Positions 35,363-44,479 of a stretch of 53,987 nucleotides of DNA are shown piece after piece (the stretch's first letter is position 1; each line of letters begins with the position of its first letter). The stretch comes from a bacterium. Its GTDB lineage: Bacteria; Zixibacteria; MSB-5A5; GN15; FEB-12. The notes under the pieces were generated by a model. The model ran no database searches and was not told the origin of the DNA. It saw only the letters and a program-made list of their open reading frames with translations. The position numbers and the translations under genes are program-made. The stretch is taken from the NCBI GenBank assembly GCA_043811375.1, contig JBDRNJ010000060.1:1-53987 (forward strand). The letters run 5' to 3'.

Positions 35363-37744
35363 ATGACACAAAGGATTGGATGGCTCCGGGCGGCCGTGGT
35401 AGTACCGGTTCTGTTATTGATGCTGACCGCGACCGGGTACGGTAAGGCTTACCCGGGGCTGGATCAGCCGCAACCATTTGTAATACCCGGTCTGGCCACG
35501 GTTGAGTTTGAGACCGATGTTGACCCGGCCCAACTGGCTACCGGTCTGGGCAGTATCAGTCTGGGAATCCCCAGCCTGGATCACGTACTCGACGGTCTTC
35601 AGGTCTCTACGGCCAGGAAGCTCTTTCCCTGGTACACCGAAAGACTTTCGGCCGACCGTACGCTCGCTGACCCCACGCGGCTATACGAGATAACTTTTCC
35701 TGATACTATTGCAGTAGATCAGGTTATCGATGCCCTGATGCAAAACCCGCATGTCCGTCTGGCCGAACCGGTTTGGGCGCTGCCGGTGCTGGCCAGCCCC
35801 GACGATCCCAGTTGGTCCAACCAGTGGGCCATGTCACCACCGCCACCGGACCCTTACTTCTACGATGGCTGGAATATTGAAACCGGTTCGGATTCGATCA
35901 AGTTCGGTTGTATCGACAGCGGCGTGAATTACAAGCATGAGGATCTCAAGGATCATATCTGGGTCAACCCGGGGGAGGATATCGACGGTGATGGCGTCGT
36001 GTACGATGTCGACGACCTGAACGGCATGGACGACGACGGCAACGGCGTTGCTGACGATTTGATCGGGTACGATTTCTTCACAGGGCTTGGCAGCGGAGTC
36101 TGGCCCGGTGAGGACGGCGGCGGGATTGATACCGACCCGAGTGATTTTGCCGGTCACGGTACCCACGTAGCCGGAATCGCCGCCGCCATGACCAACAATG
36201 ACAAAGGAGTCACCGGCGCCGCCGGCGGCTGGCACGGTGGACACCGCTCTTTCCGGGGCGCGCAGATTATGTGCATCCGGGTGGGCGCTTTGGCTTCCGA
36301 TGGTCTCGGGTACGTCAATTCCAACAACTGCGGCACGGGCATCGCTTATGCCGCTAACAACGGCGCGCACGTTATCAACTGCAGTTGGGGCAGCTCGAGC
36401 ACTTCGACCATGAATATCGGCATGCAGGCCGCCGCCGCTAACGGCGTTACCGTAGTCCACGCTGCCGGCAACGATGATTCCCCCACCGGGGATTATCTTG
36501 ACGGCGACCCCTACACGGAAGTACTGTCGGTAGCCGCCCTGGGACCGAGTTCGGACGTAAAATGGTCCTGGTCCAATTACGGGGATTGGATCGACGTTAG
36601 CGCACCCGGCGCCAATATTCTGTCGACCAGCTCGGAATTCGGCGTGCCCGGTTACCTTTACTACTACGGGACCTCGATGGCAGCCCCAATGGTATCCGGC
36701 CTGGCGCTTCTGATCCGGTCGGCCATGCCGTCGCTGTCGAAGGACCAGGTTGACTCGCTTATTATCAATACGGCGGATGATATCGACGCAGTTAACCCCA
36801 GCCATGCCACCTGGCTTGGTTCGGGCCGCATCAACGCCCATACCGCTCTGGCTGCCCTGGCCAGCGCCAGATTCACTGCCGATGTCACCGAAGGCAATAT
36901 TCCTATGCCGGTACAGTTTACCGACCTTTCGCCAAACTCGCCATCTTCCTGGCAATGGAGTTTCGGCAACGGCGATGACTCTACGGTGCAAAATCCATTG
37001 TACACCTACACCAGCCCCGGAATCTACTCGGTATCGCTGCTGGTCGATGATGGCAACGCGCTCGGTCTCGGTGAAGAACATCTGAAGGACTACGTCTGGG
37101 CCCGGGCCGACACCTGTCGTCTCGACTCGGTCAAGGCGTCAGCCGGAGACAAAGTGGTTTTGCCGGTTTACGTTGTAAGCACTTCTCCAATCAGCGAGAT
37201 TGTTTTTGCTTTCTCTTTCGCCAATTCCATCGGAGTCAGTCTGGACTCCTTCTCAACAGCAGGCCTGAGGACAGATTATTTTTATTCCATCGTTTATTCC
37301 GCTTTTGACCCGGGAAGTCAGCGTTACGCCATTCGTATGCGATCCAGCCATCCCGACAGTTCCCAATACCTGACGCCGGACACCGGCGCCATTCTCAATC
37401 TCTATTTTAATGTTTCATCATCGGCGTCGGCCGGTCTGGTGACTGTCGATACCATGACGGTCAGTTCCAAGATTCCGAATATGGTTAGTATCTGGGGCGA
37501 CTACTGGCCGGTATTGGTACCCGGCAAGATCGTCGTCAGTCTATGTGACCGTGGAGATGTCGACTGTGACGGGGATATCAATGTCGGCGATCTGACGTAC
37601 CTGGTGGCTTACCTTTTCCAGGGCGGCCCACCACCGCCCAACACGGAATCCGGTGACGTCGATGCCAGCGGCGGCACGGACGTTGGTGATCTGACCTACC
37701 TGGTGGCTTATCTGTTCCAGGGCGGCCCGCCACCACCTCCGTAA
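35363..37744 (+). CDS. Secreted S8 (subtilisin) peptidase with PKD, cohesin-like and paired dockerin-type domains
   Basis: IDSGV (Asp), HGTHVAG (His), GTSMAAP (Ser). PKD: FTDLS..WQWSFGNG..QNP..TY..PG.YSVSL. Then a beta-rich cohesin-like segment and two GDVD..VGDLTYLVAYLFQGG repeats. Confidence 0.93.
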   Translation: MTQRIGWLRAAVVVPVLLLMLTATGYGKAYPGLDQPQPFVIPGLATVEFETDVDPAQLATGLGSISLGIPSLDHVLDGLQVSTARKLFPWYTERLSADRTLADPTRLYEITFPDTIAVDQVIDALMQNPHVRLAEPVWALPVLASPDDPSWSNQWAMSPPPPDPYFYDGWNIETGSDSIKFGCIDSGVNYKHEDLKDHIWVNPGEDIDGDGVVYDVDDLNGMDDDGNGVADDLIGYDFFTGLGSGVWPGEDGGGIDTDPSDFAGHGTHVAGIAAAMTNNDKGVTGAAGGWHGGHRSFRGAQIMCIRVGALASDGLGYVNSNNCGTGIAYAANNGAHVINCSWGSSSTSTMNIGMQAAAANGVTVVHAAGNDDSPTGDYLDGDPYTEVLSVAALGPSSDVKWSWSNYGDWIDVSAPGANILSTSSEFGVPGYLYYYGTSMAAPMVSGLALLIRSAMPSLSKDQVDSLIINTADDIDAVNPSHATWLGSGRINAHTALAALASARFTADVTEGNIPMPVQFTDLSPNSPSSWQWSFGNGDDSTVQNPLYTYTSPGIYSVSLLVDDGNALGLGEEHLKDYVWARADTCRLDSVKASAGDKVVLPVYVVSTSPISEIVFAFSFANSIGVSLDSFSTAGLRTDYFYSIVYSAFDPGSQRYAIRMRSSHPDSSQYLTPDTGAILNLYFNVSSSASAGLVTVDTMTVSSKIPNMVSIWGDYWPVLVPGKIVVSLCDRGDVDCDGDINVGDLTYLVAYLFQGGPPPPNTESGDVDASGGTDVGDLTYLVAYLFQGGPPPPP

Positions 37745-37805
37745 GTTCCGATATAGTGGCTGGTGTACCTCCCGGTGCACCAGCATCTCCAACATTACGT
37801 GCGCT

Positions 37806-37870
37806 GCGGATGTCCTCGTCTGCTGCGGGGAGTCTGACCGCGTTAATACTGGCGCACGAGGACGTACGCC
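37806..37870. repeat. Degenerate inverted REP pair
   Basis: GCGGATGTCCTCGTCTGC (37806-37823) and GGCGCACGAGGACGTACGCC (37851-37870) are imperfect inverted copies. Confidence 0.5.
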
Positions 37871-37982
37871 AGTCACAAGCATAGGGTTTATTGTAGCAAA
37901 CGGAACATATATATGAGAATCGCTCTATACCGTCAGTAAATTGAACCTCCGGGGACATTCACAGCAGTGCTCTCGGAGGTTT

Positions 37983-39479
37983 TTACTTGAGCGGTTGCCA
38001 TCGGGAGAGCATTTCTACCAGCAGCCTCAACCCGAAGCCGGTAGCGCCTTTGGGAATGTACGGTTTGCCTTTCGGTTCCACATCGACGTAAGCGATATCA
38101 ATGTGCGCCCACGGCCAGTCGCCGATGAAATTCTCCAGAAAGGCGGAGGCGACAATCGTCCCGGCCGGGCGACCGGCTGAGTTGACCATGTCGGCAACGG
38201 GTGATTTCAACAACTCCCGGTGATCGTCCCAGATCGGTAATGCCCACACCTTCTCAGCCGTTGCCTGCGAAGCCTCTTTTACTCTCTGCAGCAACTGTTC
38301 ATGGTTGCCTAAAATCGGTGCCCCCGCGTATCCCAGCACGTATAGCGAAGCACCGGTCAGGGTGGCGATGTCAATCACAGCCTGAGGCTTAAAGGTGTTG
38401 GCGAAATCGAGAGCGTCGGCCAGCAACAGGCGGCCTTCGGCATCGGTGTTGATAGTTTCGATGGTAAGCCCTTTGCGGCTGGTGAGGACGTCCCCCGGTT
38501 TGGTAGCGGTTCCCGAGGGCAGGTTTTCGGCAGCCGGGATCAACCCCACCACGTCGAGCGGCAGTTTCAGACGGGCGGCTGTCATTACCGTTGCCAGCAA
38601 CGCTGCCCCTCCGGCCATGTCGCCTTTCATCTCGTGCATGTTAAGGGGAGCTTTGAGCGATATACCCCCGGCGTCAAACGTCACACCTTTACCGACCAGC
38701 ACGATCGGTTTGGAGCCGGGTTTCCCACCACGATGCCGGACGATAATAAAGCGGGGTGGTTCTTTCGATCCTTTGGCTACTCCCAGCAGAGCGCCCATCT
38801 TTTCCCGGACGATAGCTTTTTCGTCCAGCACGCGGCAGGAGAACTGATACCGTCGCGCCAGTTGCCGGGCCTTTTGAGCCAATAGTCGGGGTGTGAGGTA
38901 GTTGCCGGGTGTGAAAGCAAGTTGCCTGACCAGCATCTGCCCCTCGGCGATTATCCGGCCTCGCCGGACAGCCGGTCGAACTTTCTTGAGATCAGACTGG
39001 TCGGCGGCAACGAAGGTTATTTCCGAAAGACGGCTCTTGCTCTTCTCTGCGGTCGAAGTCTTGAAACCCCCGAATTGATAGCCACCCAGCAGGTAGCCTT
39101 CCATAACAGCCTGGAAAAATCTGTCATCAGACATGTCACCTGGCGAGATGGCAACCGTGCGGGAACTGCTCAGAGCCGGCTGCCGCGACAGGATACCGGC
39201 TGCCTGGCGGAAGGCGTCCGGCTGTAACTTGCTTTTCTCACCCACTCCGGCCAGAATAACGCGACGGGCTCGAAAACCGTCGGGATGAAGTACGGTCGCC
39301 GTTTCACCTTCCCGGCCGCGGAACTCTTCCGATGTCAACATAGTCCTGACGCCACCCCTGGTGGTAGCATCCAGCGCTTTCAGGCGGGGATCGACGATGC
39401 GGTCGAAAGCCGGTACCAGCACGATCAGGCTGTCGACAATTAGTTTCTGAAGTGGTTGAGAAGAGTATTTGATTCGCAT
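37983..39479 (-). CDS. pepA: Leucyl aminopeptidase (M17)
   Basis: VGKGVTFDAGGISLK, MKGDMAG, NTDAEGRL, DIATLTGA, WAHIDIA. ATG 39479 follows AAAGGA. Confidence 0.96.
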   Translation of the reverse strand: MRIKYSSQPLQKLIVDSLIVLVPAFDRIVDPRLKALDATTRGGVRTMLTSEEFRGREGETATVLHPDGFRARRVILAGVGEKSKLQPDAFRQAAGILSRQPALSSSRTVAISPGDMSDDRFFQAVMEGYLLGGYQFGGFKTSTAEKSKSRLSEITFVAADQSDLKKVRPAVRRGRIIAEGQMLVRQLAFTPGNYLTPRLLAQKARQLARRYQFSCRVLDEKAIVREKMGALLGVAKGSKEPPRFIIVRHRGGKPGSKPIVLVGKGVTFDAGGISLKAPLNMHEMKGDMAGGAALLATVMTAARLKLPLDVVGLIPAAENLPSGTATKPGDVLTSRKGLTIETINTDAEGRLLLADALDFANTFKPQAVIDIATLTGASLYVLGYAGAPILGNHEQLLQRVKEASQATAEKVWALPIWDDHRELLKSPVADMVNSAGRPAGTIVASAFLENFIGDWPWAHIDIAYVDVEPKGKPYIPKGATGFGLRLLVEMLSRWQPLK

Positions 39480-39639
39480 AGTTGGTTTCCTTTCATTTGC
39501 CGGCAGCAATCAGTTTCGTGGAGCAGCATTTTCTGCTGTTCGTTAAGAAAGGGGACAAATCAGGCTGAGGGCAAGTGGAAACACCGTGGAAACGGTCGCC
39601 CCTTTGATAGGGTTCTTAGAGCGATTCTCATAAATATAT

Positions 39640-40094
39640 GCTTGTTGACTGGCGTGAGACCTGAGGCTGTCCTACAAGGTACCCTATTCCTGCTCGCGTA
39701 GCGGCGGGGGGGTGTCTCCCAACCAAAAAGGTGGCTTGCCACTGACTTGTCACTGGCGATACCAATAGATGTGGCGATGCCACCAGCCAGGTTACACCTC
39801 GCCCGGAGGCGAGCCAAGACCTGGCCTAACAGTGGAACGACGCAGCATTCTTTTTCTGTGTGCGGCGTATATCCTGAGGTTGTCAAACAAGTTAGTTTCG
39901 TCGGGTCTTGCCACCGACGAAGTTGGGCTGAGCGACGAAGTCGGGGGTGTGACCTGACGACCATCCCACAATTCCAAGTGTACCCAGAGAATTAAATAAA
40001 CGTGGTGACGACTTTACGCGCGGTCAGGAATCCTATCCTGATCGCACCACGTGCAGCCGTCACGAGAGGATTCGTGACGGAGCAAGAAACAAGC
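39640..40094 (+). ncRNA. Candidate large structured non-coding RNA (~455 nt), family not recognised
   Basis: 5' GCTTGTT pairs with 3' AACAAGC. About ten internal helices. G-U pairs work only on the + strand. AT-rich promoter-like tract just upstream; no credible ORF. Confidence 0.65.
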
Positions 40095-40155
40095 TTCTGA
40101 GATAACCTCTCCACACCTGCCCCTCGTACAACATCAAGTCATTATTGCGCCCGGT

Positions 40156-40875
40156 CTACAGGCCGACCATTGCTTGCAGTTGGTTTACCTCATCCTCGGT
40201 CAGGTGCCGCCAGGTGCCCGGACCCAGGCTCCCGGTACGGATACCGGCAAATTCAATACGGGTCAACTCACGCACCGGATGACCCACCAGGCGACATAAC
40301 TGCTTCACTTCCCGCTTACGCCCTTCGGTCAACGTCAGTCTCAGACGGCTGGTATTGCCTCTGTGCTCCAGGATCCGAACCAGCGCCCGGCCGGTGGCTC
40401 CGTCTTCGAGTTTAATCCCTTTCTCAATGCGGGAGCAGTCTTCCGGTTGGAAACAACCGGTCACGACGGCTTCGTATATCTTTTCCACGTGGTAGCGGGG
40501 ATGGGTCAGACGGAAAGCAAGATCGCCGTCATTACACAGCAGCAGCACCCCGGCGGTATCAAAATCCAGCCGCCCCATCGGATAGACCCGGTGGCGCAGG
40601 TTCTTCAGATAATGCAGTATTGTCCGGCGTTTGAAAGGATCGTGCAGGGTCGTCATAACCTGTCGGGGCTTGTTCAGTACCACGTACACTTTATTTTCGA
40701 CAGGGGCAACAACCGAGCCATCTACTTTGACCGTGTCGACTGTCTCGTCGATGATGGTACCGATCTGCTCGACCGTAATATCATTGATTGTAACGCGGCC
40801 TTCCGCAACGAGACCGGTTGCTCCCCGACGGGAAGTTACGCCGCACTGCGACAGAAATTTACTGAGCCTGATCAT
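40156..40875 (-). CDS. rluB: rRNA pseudouridine synthase, RsuA/RluB family
   Basis: S4 domain (RLSKFLSQCG..SRR), LNKP, GRLDFDT.G, TEGRKREV. Follows scpAB. Confidence 0.88.
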   Translation of the reverse strand: MIRLSKFLSQCGVTSRRGATGLVAEGRVTINDITVEQIGTIIDETVDTVKVDGSVVAPVENKVYVVLNKPRQVMTTLHDPFKRRTILHYLKNLRHRVYPMGRLDFDTAGVLLLCNDGDLAFRLTHPRYHVEKIYEAVVTGCFQPEDCSRIEKGIKLEDGATGRALVRILEHRGNTSRLRLTLTEGRKREVKQLCRLVGHPVRELTRIEFAGIRTGSLGPGTWRHLTEDEVNQLQAMVGL

Positions 40876-41008
40876 AGATTATCTCACCACCCAGCCGCAG
40901 GTAATCGCGCACCGTGACACCGTCCAGCGGGTCCGATACCGGATCGATTCGGCTCCCCTTCAACGACAACGATCAGCAGGGGTGCCACGTTCGCAGCTGT
41001 CGGAGACA

Positions 41009-41788
41009 TCAGTGGTCGACAACACCGCTCGGTGGCGATGGTGAATCGGCAGCTTTGGATTCGTCCTCATCGAGTGGATTGTCCACACCGGGTCGATGGG
41101 GTTCTGCCGGCTGCTGCGAGGTCAGGTCAGGGTCATCATCCTGCGGGGCCGTCTGTTTGGGATCATAGGTGCCATCGGCGATATTCAGTTTCAAGCCGGC
41201 AATATCACCCTCCTGGCTCATTTCAAACTGGAGTTGGTTTTTCGCCTGCGGTTCCCGCGCCGAGATGAGCTCTTCAATCTCCGACATGTGGGGCAGATCT
41301 TTCAGGGAATCAAGACCGAACAACTTGAGGAACTCACCGGTCGTGCCGTATTGCAGCGGCTTGCCGACCGTGGTCGCTCGTCCCTTGATGGTGACGACTT
41401 TCTTCTGAAGGAGATTGTGCAAAACGCCGTCAGAAGCAACGCCGCGAATTTGCTCGATATCGCTCCGCGTGACCGGCTGACGAAAGGCAATGATAGCCAG
41501 TGTTTCCAGGGCCGCTCGCGTCAGGCGCATCTTGCGCCTTCGTGTGAACAGTTCCTCAACATAGGCCGTAAACTCCGGCATGATATAAAACTGAAAGCCA
41601 CCGGCCAGTTCGCGAATCCGGTAGCTGGCGGCTGCCTGCATATAACGGTTGTTCAGCTCCGCCACCGATCTGCCGACAGCGGCGGGCGTCATATCCGGCA
41701 GCACCTCCGCAATCTTTCGTGGCGGCAGAGGTTCCGGTGAGGCCAGAATCAGGGCCTCAATGATAGTATTTGAAGATCCGTTCGGCAT
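41009..41788 (-). CDS. scpB: SMC-Scp complex subunit ScpB
   Basis: IEALIL, LTRAALETLAIIAFRQPVTR..IEQIRGV, YGTT.EFL..FGL.SL.DLP, with an acidic C-terminal extension. Confidence 0.96.
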   Translation of the reverse strand: MPNGSSNTIIEALILASPEPLPPRKIAEVLPDMTPAAVGRSVAELNNRYMQAAASYRIRELAGGFQFYIMPEFTAYVEELFTRRRKMRLTRAALETLAIIAFRQPVTRSDIEQIRGVASDGVLHNLLQKKVVTIKGRATTVGKPLQYGTTGEFLKLFGLDSLKDLPHMSEIEELISAREPQAKNQLQFEMSQEGDIAGLKLNIADGTYDPKQTAPQDDDPDLTSQQPAEPHRPGVDNPLDEDESKAADSPSPPSGVVDH

Positions 41789-41791
41789 TGT

Positions 41792-42592
41792 CTAAACCAC
41801 TACCTCACTTTCCATTTCCGGGTGTGTCTCGGTTTCATCGGGGGGTGACCAGGTATCAAAAGCGTCACCTCGATAAATCCGTAATTCCGAGAACGGCTGC
41901 GTTTGTTCAATTGCCACCCGCCGCGTGCGGGCCAACTCCAGCAGTGCTACGAAAGTAACCACGGCGACTATTTTGGCCGGGAGATCGGCAAACAGTTCGG
42001 CAAATGTGGCAAACTTTCTCCGTTGCAGACTCAGCATGACATATTGCATGCGATCCTCAACCGACACCTTCTCGGCCTCAACCTGGTGATAGGCGTCGTC
42101 CGAACGGGAGGTCAGCACCTCCTTGAACGCTGTCAGCAGGTCAAACAGATCGGTAGCCGGCGTCCAGTCAGTGCGACCTTCGATTCTGCCGACAGGTGAG
42201 GGCGGCACGAAGTTTCTTTCCTCCAGGAGGGCTTTCTCCCTGAGAATCTCCCCGGCTTCCTTGTACTTTTTGTACTCGATTAACGCCCAGATCAGTTCCT
42301 CGCGTGGATCCGGTTCATCGGAATTGGTTTCATCTCGAGGCAGCAACATCCTGGTTTTGATACGGATCAGGGTCGCCGCCATCAAAATGAATTCGCCGGC
42401 CAGCTCCAGGTTAAAGGTAGTCATCAACTCCAGGTATTTCAGGTACTGATTCGTGATTCGGGCGATGGGAATATCGTAGATGTCGACTTCCTCTTTCCTG
42501 ATCAGGTACAACAACAAATCCAGCGGTCCGTGAAAGACGCCTACGTCGACCTGGTAATCATCGGTAACGGAACTGAGGCCGGTCTGAGTCAT
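41792..42592 (-). CDS. scpA: Segregation/condensation protein A
   Basis: FHGPLDLLLYLI, DIYDIPIA.IT.QY, MAATLIRIKTRMLLP, VTFVALLEL. Confidence 0.96.
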   Translation of the reverse strand: MTQTGLSSVTDDYQVDVGVFHGPLDLLLYLIRKEEVDIYDIPIARITNQYLKYLELMTTFNLELAGEFILMAATLIRIKTRMLLPRDETNSDEPDPREELIWALIEYKKYKEAGEILREKALLEERNFVPPSPVGRIEGRTDWTPATDLFDLLTAFKEVLTSRSDDAYHQVEAEKVSVEDRMQYVMLSLQRRKFATFAELFADLPAKIVAVVTFVALLELARTRRVAIEQTQPFSELRIYRGDAFDTWSPPDETETHPEMESEVVV

Positions 42593-43623
42593 TTTTTCTT
42601 ACCCCGATAGTTCATTTTCATAGCCGAGCGGACTTTGTCCATCACCTGCCGGGCGCGCTGACGGGCGCGATCGGCACCGGTGGACAGAACATCCCAGACG
42701 TAATCCGGTTGCGCCAACAACTGTGTTCGTCGGTCACGAATCGGTCGCAGGGCGGTATTGAGATTATCGCTCAGGCGGGTCTTGCAGTCGACACACCCCA
42801 ACTCGCCGCTGCGGCAGGCTGAGGCGATCTCATCGGAGGCTCCCGCCGTGTACACCTGATGCAGCAGGAACACCGGGCAGCCCTCGGGATGACCGGGATC
42901 ACCCTGGTGCACCTTCTCCGGATCGGTGTAGTAGCTTTTGATTCGTTTGAGCGTCTGTTTCTCGGTAAAGTCAAGAGGGAGGTGGTTGTTGTACGACTTG
43001 GACATTTTCCGGTTGTCGGCACCAGGAATCAGGGGAATCTCCGTAAACAGACCGACCGGCTCATTGAAGACCTTACGATAAAGACTGTTGAAACGCGAAG
43101 CTAAGTCATTGGCCAGCCAGATGTGCTTTTCCTGGTCTTTTCCCACCGGCACCTTGTGGGCGTTGTACAGACATATGTCGGCCGCCTGCAGCACCGGGTA
43201 ACCCAGAAAACCGTACGAGTCAAGCTGCTGTTTTTTCTCAAGGTAAGTGGGCAGACGGGTCAGGGTCGGCACCGTTATCAGCATGGAAAAAATCAGGTGC
43301 AACTCGGCATGTTCCTTGACTTCCGACTGCACGAAGATAGCACACCGTTCGGGATCAAGGCCGGCCGCCAGGAAATCGACCGCCATCTGAAAGATGTTAT
43401 CCTTCAGCACGTGGGGGTCTTTGTACTCAGCCGTCAGCGCATGCCAGTCCACCAGGCAGCAATACATCCAGTATTCGTCCTGCAGACGAACCCAGTTGCG
43501 CAGGGCGCCCTCGAGATTGCCCACGTGCAGCGATCCGGTCGGCTGCATACCTGAGAGAATTGTTTCTTTCCGCTTGGCGGCGCCGGGTGCAGAAGTGTTG
43601 TCGGCTTCGTTCTTGTCGTTCAT
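42589..43623 (-). CDS. trpS: Tryptophan--tRNA ligase
   Basis: SGMQPTGSLHVGN (HIGH), YPVLQAADI, VPVGKDQ, KMSKS. Confidence 0.97.
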   Translation of the reverse strand: MNDKNEADNTSAPGAAKRKETILSGMQPTGSLHVGNLEGALRNWVRLQDEYWMYCCLVDWHALTAEYKDPHVLKDNIFQMAVDFLAAGLDPERCAIFVQSEVKEHAELHLIFSMLITVPTLTRLPTYLEKKQQLDSYGFLGYPVLQAADICLYNAHKVPVGKDQEKHIWLANDLASRFNSLYRKVFNEPVGLFTEIPLIPGADNRKMSKSYNNHLPLDFTEKQTLKRIKSYYTDPEKVHQGDPGHPEGCPVFLLHQVYTAGASDEIASACRSGELGCVDCKTRLSDNLNTALRPIRDRRTQLLAQPDYVWDVLSTGADRARQRARQVMDKVRSAMKMNYRGKKK

Positions 43624-43765
43624 AACACACCTGAAGATTTGCGCTTCAGACTGACAGTCTACCGACCGTCGTAAGTCTAATCAAATAAAAACTTTGTGAC
43701 GGCATCGCATCTCAGGCGATGCCTGCGGGCGTCTGACGGGAGTGCGACCGTTAGGCAACACTTCG

Positions 43766-44305
43766 TCAGGTAGTAGCACCCCCGATACTGGAATCGATAA
43801 ACAGGTAAGGCCGCCATTGTGTGGAGACGACGTAGTTTCGCTGGATAAATGTGATGTATGTCGGACGGGTCGGTATTCTCAATAACTTGAGACCGGCTTC
43901 TTCCGGCGAATGGTCGCCTTTCCGATTATTGCATTTGGAACAGGCACACACCAGGTTTTCCCAGGTTTCCCGCCCGCCCAGTCTCCTCGGCACCACGTGG
44001 TCGACCGTCATCGGCCCGCGCATACCTCCGCAGTACTGGCAGCGATGTTTGTCACGGGTGAGAATATTCTTGCGCGTCAGTATGATTCTCTTGTGAGGGA
44101 CTTTCCGATACTGCCACAACCTGACCACCGCGGGCAGAGCATAGCTGCGCGACACCGTACGCAACCGCCGGCCATCGGCCTTCTCGATCATCTCCGCTTT
44201 GCCCTGGAACAGCAACACCACTGCTCGCCGGGCCGAACAAACAGTCAACGGCTCGTAATTCTGATTGAGCATCAGGACTCGTCGGTCGACAATTAAACCT
44301 TCCAT
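43766..44305 (-). CDS. HNH endonuclease (McrA-like, Zn-binding)
   Basis: VLMLNQNYEPL, RDKHRCQYCG, TVDHVVP..GG..WENLVCAC..CN..K. Confidence 0.92.
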   Translation of the reverse strand: MEGLIVDRRVLMLNQNYEPLTVCSARRAVVLLFQGKAEMIEKADGRRLRTVSRSYALPAVVRLWQYRKVPHKRIILTRKNILTRDKHRCQYCGGMRGPMTVDHVVPRRLGGRETWENLVCACSKCNNRKGDHSPEEAGLKLLRIPTRPTYITFIQRNYVVSTQWRPYLFIDSSIGGATT

Positions 44306-44479
44306 AGCCTTTCCCGGAACACCCGATGTGACAGTACTGTTCTCTCACCGGCATCCGCCAATACCCCGTGGCGGTGGGGCTGAGGGCCGAGGTACAATTG
44401 TACTATATTATCGACAGAAGCCGGAGTGTCAACAGGTTTTTCCCGCGGGGAGCCGTTTATCATTACCAGTCCGCCGCCG

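Noticed and set aside
39560..39995. Short ORFs listed in the pepA-rluB gap
   Set aside because: They overlap on both strands with no good RBS or recognisable motifs. RNA structure explains the region better.
39990..40060. tmRNA or SRP identity for the structured region (AAATAAACG; GGTCAGG..GCAGCC)
   Set aside because: No tag frame ending in AA-stop, no tRNA-like ends, and the SRP helix-8 GGAA loop spacing is absent.
43766..44305. HNH gene as a homing endonuclease, IscB or the partner of the ncRNA
   Set aside because: It is the common stand-alone LN..YEPL-type HNH family with host-like GC and no RuvC motifs or element ends. It lies 3.7 kb from the RNA with four housekeeping genes between.
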